Below, one piece after another: positions 1-8,899 of a stretch of 64,000 bases of DNA. A program made the translations under genes and the position numbers. Source of the DNA: a virus. The notes below the pieces were generated by a model. That model ran no database searches and was not told where the DNA came from. It saw only the letters and a list, made by a program, of their open reading frames with translations. The stretch is from positions 32,001 to 96,000 of IMG/VR virus record IMGVR_UViG_3300027969_000044, one strand, 5' to 3'. Each line of letters starts with the position of its first letter. Positions within the stretch are counted from its first letter, which is position 1.

Positions 1-1
1 T

Positions 2-511
2 ACTACATTAAGTATTGGCAATGCTGGCGGAACCGCAACAGTTAACGGTGGCTTAACAGCAACTGGCACACTAACTGGTAACGGAACGGTTACATTAAAT
101 CCAGCAAACGCCAGTGTAAGTTTACAACCAACCGGTACTGGATCTGTTACAATTAATCCGGCAGCTATTGGAAGTATTAATAATATAAACATTGGTGCTA
201 CTACCGCAGGAACTGGTCGCTTTACAAGTTTAACTGTCGGATATAGAGCTGTAACGGGTGCTAGTGCAACTATTGCTGCCGCAGATGCTATTGTTGGTGT
301 TAACTATGGTGGCGCAGTAGCATTAACACTACCAGCAGTGGCCGCAGGAAAGTATATTATAATCAAAGACGAAAGTGGTGCCGCTGTCACAAACAACATT
401 ACTATTACACCAGCGTCGGGTACTATCGACGGTGGAAGCAACATAGTGTTGAACGTGAGCTATGGTTCTTACGCACTGTACAGCAACGGTACAAACTGGT
501 TCGTGGTATAA
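2..511 (+). CDS. Tail fibre-like structural protein, 5'-truncated by the window edge
   Basis: Frame 2 is open from base 2 to TAA at 509-511; T/G/N-rich beta-type sequence ending ...TLPAVAAGKYIIIKDESG...YSNGTNWFVV, typical of fibre C-terminal domains. Not in the ORF track because it lacks a start. Confidence 0.7.
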   Translation, partial: TTLSIGNAGGTATVNGGLTATGTLTGNGTVTLNPANASVSLQPTGTGSVTINPAAIGSINNINIGATTAGTGRFTSLTVGYRAVTGASATIAAADAIVGVNYGGAVALTLPAVAAGKYIIIKDESGAAVTNNITITPASGTIDGGSNIVLNVSYGSYALYSNGTNWFVV

Positions 512-521
512 GGAGAACTGA

Positions 522-1385
522 ATGTCACACTCACCAAAAGCATTTGCAATCGCTAACATTACTAATGAAAGTAAGGCTACTATGTTTAGTAGTCCTACAT
601 TTACTGGTACAGTAACTGGGGTTTCAAAATCTCACGTAGGACTAGGTAACGTTGAAAACACAGCATTAAGTACTTGGGCAGGTTCAAGTAACATTACTAC
701 CTTAGGAACGGTAACTGTAGGTAGTGCTCCAGCAAGTGATGTATATTCTTGGGCTAAACAAACATCTAAACCATCATACACAGCAAGCGAAGTAGGATTA
801 GGTAACGTTGAAAACACAACATTAAGTACATGGGCAGGTTCAAGTAACATTACCACAGTTGGCACACTAACAGGTGGTAGCGCAAGTAAAACATTTGTTG
901 GGTTAGGTAACGTTGAAAACACAACATTAAGTACATGGGCAGGTTCAAGTAACATTACCACTGTTGGTACATTAGGTAGCGTACAGATTACAAGTCTAGG
1001 TATTGGTACATCGGCGTCGGGTACAACAGGAGAAATCCGTGCTACCAATAACATCACAGGTTACTATACTTCAGATCGTTCACTAAAAGAGAACATCCGC
1101 AACATCACAGGCGCACTAGATAAAGTTCGAGCACTTAACGGAGTCATGTTTGATTGGAAACAGAGCTATATTGAAGAACGTGGTGGCGAAGATGGTTATT
1201 TTGTTCGCAAGGCAGATACTGGCGTTATTGCTCAAGAAGTTGAAGCAGTACTACCAGAAGTAGTCGGTACTAGAGAAAACGGTACTAAAGCAGTTGCCTA
1301 CGAAAAATTAGCAGGCTTATTGATCGAATCAATCAAAGAACTAGATCTTAAAGTTGAAGAAATTAAACGTCACTTGGGGATTTAA
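522..1385 (+). CDS. Tail fibre protein with C-terminal intramolecular chaperone (peptidase S74-like)
   Basis: SD AAGGAG; VGLGNVENT repeats; C-terminal SDRSLKENI...GVIAQEVEAVLPEVV...V.YEKL coiled-coil signature. Confidence 0.85.
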   Translation: MSHSPKAFAIANITNESKATMFSSPTFTGTVTGVSKSHVGLGNVENTALSTWAGSSNITTLGTVTVGSAPASDVYSWAKQTSKPSYTASEVGLGNVENTTLSTWAGSSNITTVGTLTGGSASKTFVGLGNVENTTLSTWAGSSNITTVGTLGSVQITSLGIGTSASGTTGEIRATNNITGYYTSDRSLKENIRNITGALDKVRALNGVMFDWKQSYIEERGGEDGYFVRKADTGVIAQEVEAVLPEVVGTRENGTKAVAYEKLAGLLIESIKELDLKVEEIKRHLGI

Positions 1386-1975
1386 ATGGCTTACAGTCCA
1401 GCGGCACATAATACAGCAACAGCAGGTCGAGCAGGATTTGTAAGACTAGGGTCAGGACTTGGCGGACAGTCGGACGGTACTATTGTTTCTAACGCAACAC
1501 TATTGGGATTAACAAAAAGCTCAGTTGGTTTAGGGAACGTAGAAAACACAGCACTATCTACATGGGCCGGTAATACAAGTATAACGTCACTTGGGACTGT
1601 TACAGTGGGTAGTGCTCCAGCTAGTGATGTATATTCTTGGGCCAAACAATCAACTAAGCCATCATACACAAAATCAGAAGTAGGATTAGGTAGCGTTGAT
1701 AATACTGCTGACTCTGCTAAATCAGTAAGCTATGCTACTACCGCTCGACGATTAGCACGTAGTGACTCTGCGGTTGATACATATAACGTTCAAAGTTGGT
1801 GGGACGGAACTTACTGGTACTTAAAAGGGTACAATGATAGTACATATCACGCAGGTGTTAGAGTATTATATGCCGACTCAGCAGGTAGTGCTCCGGCAAG
1901 TGATGTATATTCTTGGGCCAAAGCCGCAACTAAACCAAGTTACACTAGCAGTGAAGTAGGATTAGGTAACGTTGG
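637..1975 (+). repeat. Dispersed coding repeats shared by the two S74 fibre genes
   Basis: Near-identical DNA blocks: 'ggtaacgttgaaaacaca..attaagtac.tgggcaggttcaagtaacattac' three times in gene 1 plus a variant in gene 2; 'ggtagtgctcc.gc.agtgatgtatattcttgggc' at ~720, ~1608 and ~1884. Confidence 0.85.
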
Positions 1976-2333
1976 TAACTATACTGTAAATCAAAATGTA
2001 GGTACTGGTAATGATGTAACTTTTAATAATGTTACAGCGGCCGCTTTTTACTATAGTTCAGACGAAACATTAAAAACAAATATCAATAACTTAACTAACT
2101 ACTGGGAGATTTTAGATAAACTTCGTCCTGTTAGTTTTGATTGGATTTTAAATGGCAAAAAAGATTTAGGATTACTAGCTCAAGATGTTCAGGGAGTATT
2201 GCCAGAATCAGTTAAAGTTGCTGACGACGGTACGTTGGCAATCAGTTCATCTGGAATTATTGCCAACTTAGTTGCCGCTGTTAAGGATCTTAAATCACAG
2301 GTTGATGAACTAACAAAACAACTGAAGGGGTAA
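1386..2333 (+). CDS. Tail fibre protein with C-terminal S74 chaperone (paralogue of upstream gene)
   Basis: Same VGLGNV / SAPASDVYSWAK repeats; SSDETLKTNI...LRPVSFDW...GLLAQDV...LPE. Confidence 0.85.
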   Translation: MAYSPAAHNTATAGRAGFVRLGSGLGGQSDGTIVSNATLLGLTKSSVGLGNVENTALSTWAGNTSITSLGTVTVGSAPASDVYSWAKQSTKPSYTKSEVGLGSVDNTADSAKSVSYATTARRLARSDSAVDTYNVQSWWDGTYWYLKGYNDSTYHAGVRVLYADSAGSAPASDVYSWAKAATKPSYTSSEVGLGNVGNYTVNQNVGTGNDVTFNNVTAAAFYYSSDETLKTNINNLTNYWEILDKLRPVSFDWILNGKKDLGLLAQDVQGVLPESVKVADDGTLAISSSGIIANLVAAVKDLKSQVDELTKQLKG

Positions 2334-2336
2334 GGC

Positions 2337-2939
2337 ATGGCAAGGTTAAACAATACGGTAGCCGATTCAGTACGTAGTTGGGGACCAGGATACAATGACG
2401 GTCCTGACTATTATGCCGCGCCCACTTGGTACCACAATAGAGGAATGAAGATTACCAACAATACCGGTAAAGATCTATTCCTTCCAGACAACTCCGAAGC
2501 CGAACGAAATGCTGTATACCGAGCCGGCCCTGGATCTAGGGAAACAGGCAACTGGGTTGATATAGTCCCATATCTACGAAGAGATCAAGTAGCTGTGGGA
2601 AATTATTGTTGGAGCGGTCCTAATTTTGACTTTAATGCGGATCCCCAACCAACTCCTCCTGCGTGTCCTAGTGGATACACTGACGGTGGCATTCGCGCAA
2701 CTAATGCAGCTATGCCCGATTACGGTAATGGGCCAAAAACATATCGACCGCCCTATGACGGTACTGTACCTCCATCACAATGGGTAGCAACCTATGGAGA
2801 ACAATTAGATGTTCAATTCGCAGGAGCGACCAGGAACGCTATCTATATGTGCCAGAGCCTTGCTCAAGGTTATTTTTGGAATTGTAGTTCATCATATCCT
2901 TATCAATGGATTGTAGTTAGAATTTGTGTAAAGTCTTAA
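2337..2939 (+). CDS. Hypothetical protein, possible fibre-tip adhesin or accessory protein
   Basis: Trp/Tyr/Pro/Cys-rich ORF directly after the fibre genes; function inferred from position only. Confidence 0.5.
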   Translation: MARLNNTVADSVRSWGPGYNDGPDYYAAPTWYHNRGMKITNNTGKDLFLPDNSEAERNAVYRAGPGSRETGNWVDIVPYLRRDQVAVGNYCWSGPNFDFNADPQPTPPACPSGYTDGGIRATNAAMPDYGNGPKTYRPPYDGTVPPSQWVATYGEQLDVQFAGATRNAIYMCQSLAQGYFWNCSSSYPYQWIVVRICVKS

Positions 2940-2940
2940 T

Positions 2941-3285
2941 ATGACAGAAATAGAATTAGATAATCTTGCTAAAGAACTAGACTCGGTAGGAGGAGAATTT
3001 CTTTCATTAGTAGTACTATGGAATAGAGAATGTAGTCACTGTACCCCATTTTTAGAAATGATCGGTGGAATTGAATCAAACTTTTCTAAATACAAATTAT
3101 ATACGGTTCATGTCGAAGACGTTCCGTTATTTGCGCCTCCGGCTATTCCGTCAGTATCTGTTTTTTACAACGGAGTAAGATTTTTTGAAGGACTAGGAGT
3201 TCCGGATCAACAGACGTTTGTAAAAGGCTTAGAATTTTGGCAATCCGAATGGGAAAAGAATATAAGGAAAAATCATGGCAATTGA
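2941..3285 (+). CDS. Thioredoxin-like protein
   Basis: WNRECSHC (CxxC) motif and AIPSV (cis-Pro-like) motif; 114 aa. Confidence 0.7.
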   Translation: MTEIELDNLAKELDSVGGEFLSLVVLWNRECSHCTPFLEMIGGIESNFSKYKLYTVHVEDVPLFAPPAIPSVSVFYNGVRFFEGLGVPDQQTFVKGLEFWQSEWEKNIRKNHGN

Positions 3286-3487
3286 AATTGTTAACTCAGC
3301 AATAGGTACATCGTTTTCGCATGAAAAAGAAGGATCTATTAATCCTGGAATTGTTAAGGTAATTGTATATAAAGAAAACGATACTGAAAGTATCGTGACC
3401 TTGCCAGACCCCGATATGAATAATTTTATACCACTTGACCAAGTAACTGATGACAAATTAATTGAATGGATCGAAGCCCATAAATAA
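3275..3487 (+). CDS. Hypothetical protein
   Basis: Compact ORF in the operon; FIPLDQVTDDKLIEWIE resembles small fibre-associated proteins. Confidence 0.55.
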   Translation: MAIEIVNSAIGTSFSHEKEGSINPGIVKVIVYKENDTESIVTLPDPDMNNFIPLDQVTDDKLIEWIEAHK

Positions 3488-3490
3488 AAT

Positions 3491-5113
3491 ATGAGTGAGT
3501 TAAAACCGTACTATGTTGTTAGCGACCATCCAGATCTAACCGATGCTATTATCGCAGATCTGCAATCTTCTGAAGGCTCAGCAACAGTACCAAGTCGCGT
3601 TGTAGAAATAACTGACATGATGATGGGCAGTGAGCATACTGTCGAAGCCTTGCTTACAGATGAAGAAGCGGCTCTGTTAAACAATGATCCACGTATTCGT
3701 ATCGTTGAGCAAGATCCTATTGAATACAAAAATGTAAGAAAAGGAACGAGTGGTGTTAGAACAGGTAGCTACAGTAACTCATATTCAAACCTTGCTACAC
3801 ATAAAAATTACGGATTGATTCGCAGTACCAGTACCAGTAATGATTTTGCTACTTCCTATACAATAACTAAACCATTTAATTTTAATTTAGATGGAACAGG
3901 TGTTGACATTATTGTATTTGACACAGGTGTTGAACCATATCATCCAGAGTTTTCAAAAAACGCAGACGGGACAGGCGGTACAAGAGTCATTGACCACGAT
4001 TGGACACAGTACGGATATCTTACATCAGTAACTGGGGGGTTTTTAGGAGACTGTGACGGACACGGAACTAATTGTGCTTCAATTGCCGCAGGTAACACCA
4101 ATGGATGGGCATCTGGATCAAAAATATACAGTATGAGAACGGTTCCGGGTGATAGCTCACCATATAGAAGTATTGCCGATAATCGCAGTTTAGGATTAAT
4201 TCCCGAACTAAGCTGTTGGTATACTGTTAGAGCATTTCACAACGCAAAACCAATAGACCCTGCCACAGGATATAAGCGTCCAACAATAGTTACAGGTAGT
4301 TATGGCTATTCTGAATCATACGGTAATGGATTACAAACAGTAACTTACAGAGGAACAACAGTAGCGTTAACTACAACAACTGGTGCTGGCGCAACAAATT
4401 ATGGAACGCTCGGTCGAGCAGAGTACGGTGATGGCAGTTTTGGTTATAGATATACAACTGTTGAAACAGAAATACAGAATTGCATTAACGCAGGTGTTAT
4501 TGTAATATGCTCCGCAGGAAACAATGCTCATAAGATCGATGTTGTGGGTGGATTAGATTATAACAACTACGTTACAATGTCTGATGCTCCGGGATCACCT
4601 CGTCCATACCATAGAGGGCAAACTCCTGCGTCATGTCCGGGAGTTATCTGCGTTGGAGCATCAGACAACTACTACACAAGCTATGATAACAAGGCATATT
4701 TTAGTTCTACTGGTCCCAGGGTAGACTTGTATGCTCCGGGTGTACTAATCATGGGAGGATTTGATAATCGTACGTATCTTAGTGCCGCAGTTGTTGATCC
4801 TCGGTCAGGGTCAAGTACAAGTACTAGTGAAACATACTACCTAAATAAAATAAGTGGGACAAGTCAAGCAACTCCGCAAGTTACGGGTGTTGTAGCTTGT
4901 TTATTGCAGGCTCGCCCTTGGATGACAGCTACGCAGGTATTAAATTGGTTAAAAAGTGTTAGTCTAAAAAATCAGCTAAATGAAAGTGCTTTTGTAGGTG
5001 GATCAATTCCTAGTGTAGGAACATACACAAACTTGGCCAGCATACAGGGTGGAAATAATTACATCCTATATCAAGCATTCAACCTACCTGACCCACTAAC
5101 AATACGCGGATAA
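3491..5113 (+). CDS. Subtilisin-family (S8) serine protease with N-terminal prodomain
   Basis: Catalytic motifs VFDTG, DGHGTNCASIAAG, SAGN and ISGTSQATP. Confidence 0.92.
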   Translation: MSELKPYYVVSDHPDLTDAIIADLQSSEGSATVPSRVVEITDMMMGSEHTVEALLTDEEAALLNNDPRIRIVEQDPIEYKNVRKGTSGVRTGSYSNSYSNLATHKNYGLIRSTSTSNDFATSYTITKPFNFNLDGTGVDIIVFDTGVEPYHPEFSKNADGTGGTRVIDHDWTQYGYLTSVTGGFLGDCDGHGTNCASIAAGNTNGWASGSKIYSMRTVPGDSSPYRSIADNRSLGLIPELSCWYTVRAFHNAKPIDPATGYKRPTIVTGSYGYSESYGNGLQTVTYRGTTVALTTTTGAGATNYGTLGRAEYGDGSFGYRYTTVETEIQNCINAGVIVICSAGNNAHKIDVVGGLDYNNYVTMSDAPGSPRPYHRGQTPASCPGVICVGASDNYYTSYDNKAYFSSTGPRVDLYAPGVLIMGGFDNRTYLSAAVVDPRSGSSTSTSETYYLNKISGTSQATPQVTGVVACLLQARPWMTATQVLNWLKSVSLKNQLNESAFVGGSIPSVGTYTNLASIQGGNNYILYQAFNLPDPLTIRG

Positions 5114-5116
5114 ATA
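5110..5116 (+). promoter_or_regulatory. Putative late promoter (A)TAAATA, T4 gp55-like (representative copy)
   Basis: TAAATA recurs before genes at 3481, 5111, 9736, 12457, 14791, 18271, 18707, 24041, 26274, 43987 and 47199 (+), and at 49792-49797 and 59137-59142 (-). Confidence 0.65.
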
Positions 5117-5121
5117 TTAAC

Positions 5122-5631
5122 ATGACAAGTACAGTAACAGATACAATTAGCGGATTAGATTTAACCTACCCGGTCGCAGGGCAGGATAATGACACACAGG
5201 GGTTTAGAGATAACTTTACAATTATTAACCAAGCGTTTACCGCAACTTCATTAGAAATTACAAGTCTACAGTTCCAATTAAACAACGCCGTTACAACCAG
5301 TACAGCATTTGCCACAACTATTGCTACCACCGTAACTAATACTGTTCTATCTAATATTACTGCCACTGTTAGAACTATTGTTGCTAACTCATTAACAAAC
5401 TATTATACAACAGCATCAGTTAAGGCGTTAATACAAACTGCGCTAGTTGATGTTATTTCAACTTCTTCAAGATATACTATTGCCGCGCCAACTACATCTA
5501 AAGGTGGATTCGGTGATACAAAAGGTATGATATTTGCCACTACCGCAACTATCTACGTATGTCATAAGTCTTGGATAAATGACGGAACAGACATCTGGGC
5601 AAAAGTAACCGCAACAACAAGTCCGTGGTAA
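5122..5631 (+). CDS. Probable virion structural protein
   Basis: Thr-rich; YPVAGQDNDTQGFRDNF N-terminus; fibre-like C-terminus; preceded by TAAATA. Confidence 0.55.
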   Translation: MTSTVTDTISGLDLTYPVAGQDNDTQGFRDNFTIINQAFTATSLEITSLQFQLNNAVTTSTAFATTIATTVTNTVLSNITATVRTIVANSLTNYYTTASVKALIQTALVDVISTSSRYTIAAPTTSKGGFGDTKGMIFATTATIYVCHKSWINDGTDIWAKVTATTSPW

Positions 5632-5632
5632 T

Positions 5633-5875
5633 ATGTTCAACCCATTACTTGAAAACGTTCAGGATCTAAAAGATTTGGAATTAGAATCCAAAATAAACGA
5701 AGTTGGTCGCAAGTATCAAATTGCTTCCAGAACAATGAGCGGATCTATTCTAATACAGTTAGCAGTATGTCTAGAAGCATACAGAAATGAATTGAGCAGA
5801 CGTCAAAGTGAAAAACTTAAAGATCTGGCGCAGAAATCCAATAAGAACTTAGACGGCTTGATTAAAGTAAATTAA
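5633..5875 (+). CDS. Hypothetical protein
   Basis: Helical 80-aa ORF, tightly packed in the operon. Confidence 0.6.
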   Translation: MFNPLLENVQDLKDLELESKINEVGRKYQIASRTMSGSILIQLAVCLEAYRNELSRRQSEKLKDLAQKSNKNLDGLIKVN

Positions 5876-5886
5876 TCTGCTATAAT
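5858..5886 (+). promoter_or_regulatory. Sigma70-type promoter TTGATT-N17-TATAAT
   Basis: -35 at 5858-5863, -10 at 5881-5886; ATG follows 6 nt later. Confidence 0.7.
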
Positions 5887-5892
5887 GTTTGT

Positions 5893-6423
5893 ATGACACT
5901 CGACGAATACAATCAAGCTGTACTTAACGGAGAAGATTTAGTCCAAGCACTATACTCTGGTAAAATACAAGAACTGGTTGACATCAATGTTAAAGACGAA
6001 GAACTTGTTAACCAATTTAACAATGCAATCAATGCCAATGGCGATCGTTTTTCTAAACTATCAGTTTACCAAAAGCCCAACGTAGACGTGGCAACATTTG
6101 ATGCCAACAATCAAAACAACTGGTTCATGCCCCTAGAATATCAAGAGTTCGATATTGAAACTTGGCTAGCGGAACAATGTAACACTAATAGAAAAATGGA
6201 TAGAGTACAGGGCGAACTTGTACTTTTCCGCCAACTTAATATGATCCCACTGCTAAGATACATTAAATACTTAGTAGACACAATGCGTGAAAACAATGTA
6301 GTATGGGGAGTAGGCAGAGGAAGCTCTGTAGCAAGTTACGTACTGTACTTAATTGGTGTTCACAAAATTGACAGTATTAAATATGAGCTCGATATAAACG
6401 AGTTCTTAAAACAGGAGAATTAA
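5893..6423 (+). CDS. Stand-alone fragment of DNA polymerase III alpha (DnaE/PolC-like)
   Basis: RVQGELVLF...YLVDTMRENNVVWGVGRGSSVASYVLYLIGVHKIDSIKYEL matches the PolIII-alpha GRGS segment; only 176 aa. Confidence 0.75.
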   Translation: MTLDEYNQAVLNGEDLVQALYSGKIQELVDINVKDEELVNQFNNAINANGDRFSKLSVYQKPNVDVATFDANNQNNWFMPLEYQEFDIETWLAEQCNTNRKMDRVQGELVLFRQLNMIPLLRYIKYLVDTMRENNVVWGVGRGSSVASYVLYLIGVHKIDSIKYELDINEFLKQEN

Positions 6424-6424
6424 T

Positions 6425-6646
6425 ATGACAACACGTAGATACAAAACAATGCAAGGCAGAGAAATTGATATGGATCAATTACTAGCCAAAAACGAACTTA
6501 TGCCAGCGGTAGGAAACGTTCGTATGAATGCTCGTGGTGACGAATTAGGCCCAGGTGGCAAGATTGTTAAGAAGCGCGAAGACCAAGTTGCGGCCTATTA
6601 CGAAAATAACCCAACAGCTATCCAGGCAGCTAAGAAAGGCGAATAA
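6425..6646 (+). CDS. Hypothetical protein
   Basis: SD AGGAG; 73-aa ORF. Confidence 0.65.
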   Translation: MTTRRYKTMQGREIDMDQLLAKNELMPAVGNVRMNARGDELGPGGKIVKKREDQVAAYYENNPTAIQAAKKGE

Positions 6647-6996
6647 TGGGAATTAAAAGAGCAGTCCAAGGAACCATCGTTCCTTTACATGATAAAATCC
6701 TTGTGTCGGACATGAACTTTGGAGAAGAAACTACTAAAAGTGGTATTATCCTAAAAGGTGATGACGGACAACGTACAGGTATTCGTCCACGTTGGGCCCG
6801 TGTTTGGGCAGTTGGTCCAGAACAAAAAGAAGTCACAGAAGGCGAGTGGATTCTCATTGAACATGGTCGATGGACTCGTAAATTTGAACTTGAGATAGAT
6901 GATGGGGTTAAGGTTGCGCTACATGGTGTAGACAATAAGGCAATCTTACTAATCTCAGACGAAAGACCATCAGACGTTGTTAGAATGGGCGATTAA
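6646..6996 (+). CDS. groES: GroES-like co-chaperonin
   Basis: PLHDKILV...ETTKSGIIL...VWAVGP...V.EGEWIL pattern. Confidence 0.85.
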   Translation: MGIKRAVQGTIVPLHDKILVSDMNFGEETTKSGIILKGDDGQRTGIRPRWARVWAVGPEQKEVTEGEWILIEHGRWTRKFELEIDDGVKVALHGVDNKAILLISDERPSDVVRMGD

Positions 6997-7001
6997 TTAA
7001 A

Positions 7002-7038
7002 AACAGGGCTTGACATGCCCTGTTCTTTCCTCTATACT
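7002..7038 (+). promoter_or_regulatory. Hairpin (AACAGGGC/GCCCTGTT) with the -35 box in its loop; sigma70 promoter TTGACA-N17-TATACT
   Basis: -35 at 7010-7015, -10 at 7033-7038; inverted repeat 7002-7009 / 7017-7024. Confidence 0.75.
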
Positions 7039-7044
7039 ATATGA

Positions 7045-7506
7045 ATGATATTCAATAAAGTTAAGGAACTAAAAGACAAAGGTTTAAAGATTGGCATTAC
7101 CTTTAGTCAGTTCGACATGTTACACGCTGGACATATTGCTATGTTAAGCGAAGCCAAAAATCACTGCGACTACCTAATTGCTGGTTTACAAAATAACGCC
7201 AAGTGGGATCGCCCGGAAAAGAACGAACCAATCCAAAGTATTGTAGAAAGACAAATACAACTTAGTGCTACTCGCTTTGTTGACGAAATTGTTGTGTACA
7301 ATACAGAAAAGGATCTGGAAGACATTCTATTGACATTACCCGTAGATGTGCGTATACTAGGAGTTGAGTATAAAGATAAAGACTTTACAGGTAAAAACAT
7401 TTGTAATAGCAGAGGAATTGAAATTGTCTATAACGGACGAGATCATTCATTTAGTTCATCTAGTCTACGCAAACGTGTGGCAGAAGCAGAAAGCAAAAAG
7501 AAATGA
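7045..7506 (+). CDS. HxGH cytidylyltransferase (TagD/glycerol-3-phosphate cytidylyltransferase-like)
   Basis: FDMLHAGH, ER..QL and SSSSLR motifs. Confidence 0.85.
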   Translation: MIFNKVKELKDKGLKIGITFSQFDMLHAGHIAMLSEAKNHCDYLIAGLQNNAKWDRPEKNEPIQSIVERQIQLSATRFVDEIVVYNTEKDLEDILLTLPVDVRILGVEYKDKDFTGKNICNSRGIEIVYNGRDHSFSSSSLRKRVAEAESKKK

Positions 7507-7901
7507 GCAAGTACGGTACAGCATACGCAACACTTCCAAAGTCGGCTATGATAGGGACAACTAGGGGACTTGCTATTAATAAACGACAACGATCAAAGCT
7601 ATCCCAATACGCAGAAGATAAACCCATGAAAAGAACATTAAAACAGAAACTTAGAGATTGGATTTTTAATGATCCGGAGCAAGAAGCTAATTACGTGTCA
7701 ATTGACGAAGGTCCGGATTTAGATAGCCGCACATCTACTAGAATTACAGTACATCAAGCAGTCGGTGGAACTATTATTCAAACTCGAAGATACGATGAGA
7801 GAAAAGATAATAATGTAGAAAATTTATACATTATTCACAAAGAGTCTGACCTTGGACAAGAACTTGCTAAAATTATTACACTGGAAGGATTGCGCTCATG
7901 A
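7503..7901 (+). CDS. Hypothetical protein
   Basis: ATGA overlaps at both ends. Confidence 0.65.
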   Translation: MSKYGTAYATLPKSAMIGTTRGLAINKRQRSKLSQYAEDKPMKRTLKQKLRDWIFNDPEQEANYVSIDEGPDLDSRTSTRITVHQAVGGTIIQTRRYDERKDNNVENLYIIHKESDLGQELAKIITLEGLRS

Positions 7902-8824
7902 AAGAACTATGGACAGAGAAATATCGCCCAGCAACTATCGATGGATATGTTTTTAGGGACGACTCTCAAAAGAAGCAGATTAAGGGCTGGATCAAAGAAG
8001 GATCTATCCCGCACCTGCTACTAAGTGGTAGCCCGGGTATCGGTAAGACAACACTTGCTAAAGTCCTGTTAAACGAAATTGGTATTGAGGAATTTGATAT
8101 TCTTGAAGTTAACGCATCACGCGAAACTGGTATTGACTTTATTCGAGATAAGATTGTTCCGTTTATTCAAATGATGCCATTTGGTCCATTTAAAGTTGTA
8201 CTGTTAGACGAAGCAGATCGACTTAGTCAACACGCACAAGACTCATTAAAGGGCATTATTGAAGAGTATTCTAAGTTTGCTCGATTTATTCTAACCTGTA
8301 ACAGTCCTAATCGTATTGTTCCTGCGTTACACAGTCGTTGCCAGCAGATGCACTTTGCGTCAATTGACCAAACAGAGTATACAGCCCGTGCCGCAACTAT
8401 TCTAGTTGAAGAAGGCATTGAATTTGATCTCGACACACTTGACACTTATGTTAAAGCAGTTTATCCAGACTTGCGTAAGTGTATTAACCTGTTACAACAA
8501 AATTGTGTAGACGGAAAGTTGATTAATCCCAAAGCTGAAGATAGCGGCATTAGTGATTACAAGATTGAAATGGTCGAGTTGTTTAAGGCAAGAAAGATTA
8601 AAGAAGCTCGAGCAATGTTGTGTGCCAAAGCCCGCCCAGATGAAATGGAAGGTATCTTTACTTGGATGTATCACAATATTGAACTGTTTGGTGACGATGA
8701 AGAAACACAAGACTCTGCTATTATCATTATTAAGCAAGGACTTGTTGACAATGCGTTAATTGCTGATCCAGAAATTAACCTGTCTGCTACACTAGCCAAG
8801 CTAGGCAGACTACAAGCACAATAA
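7898..8824 (+). CDS. Clamp loader AAA+ subunit (RFC small subunit / T4 gp44-like)
   Basis: LWTEKYRP, GSPGIGKT, LDEAD and SRC motifs. Confidence 0.93.
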   Translation: MKELWTEKYRPATIDGYVFRDDSQKKQIKGWIKEGSIPHLLLSGSPGIGKTTLAKVLLNEIGIEEFDILEVNASRETGIDFIRDKIVPFIQMMPFGPFKVVLLDEADRLSQHAQDSLKGIIEEYSKFARFILTCNSPNRIVPALHSRCQQMHFASIDQTEYTARAATILVEEGIEFDLDTLDTYVKAVYPDLRKCINLLQQNCVDGKLINPKAEDSGISDYKIEMVELFKARKIKEARAMLCAKARPDEMEGIFTWMYHNIELFGDDEETQDSAIIIIKQGLVDNALIADPEINLSATLAKLGRLQAQ

Positions 8825-8826
8825 CA

Positions 8827-8869
8827 AAAACCGCATAGTACGAGGCAGGTCGATTTACTATGCGGTTTT
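8827..8869. terminator. Bidirectional intrinsic terminator between convergent clamp loader and phoH genes
   Basis: AAAACCGCATAGTA ... TACTATGCGGTTTT inverted repeat. Confidence 0.8.
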
Positions 8870-8899
8870 CTCTTGACTGTTTATTGGGGTTATAAAAGT

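Noticed and set aside
637-1975. Template/variable repeats of a diversity-generating retroelement
   Set aside because: No reverse transcriptase in the window, and differences between copies are not confined to adenines.
8873-8897. TTGACT...TATAAA as a sigma70 promoter
   Set aside because: The spacer is only about 12 nt and it would point antisense into phoH.
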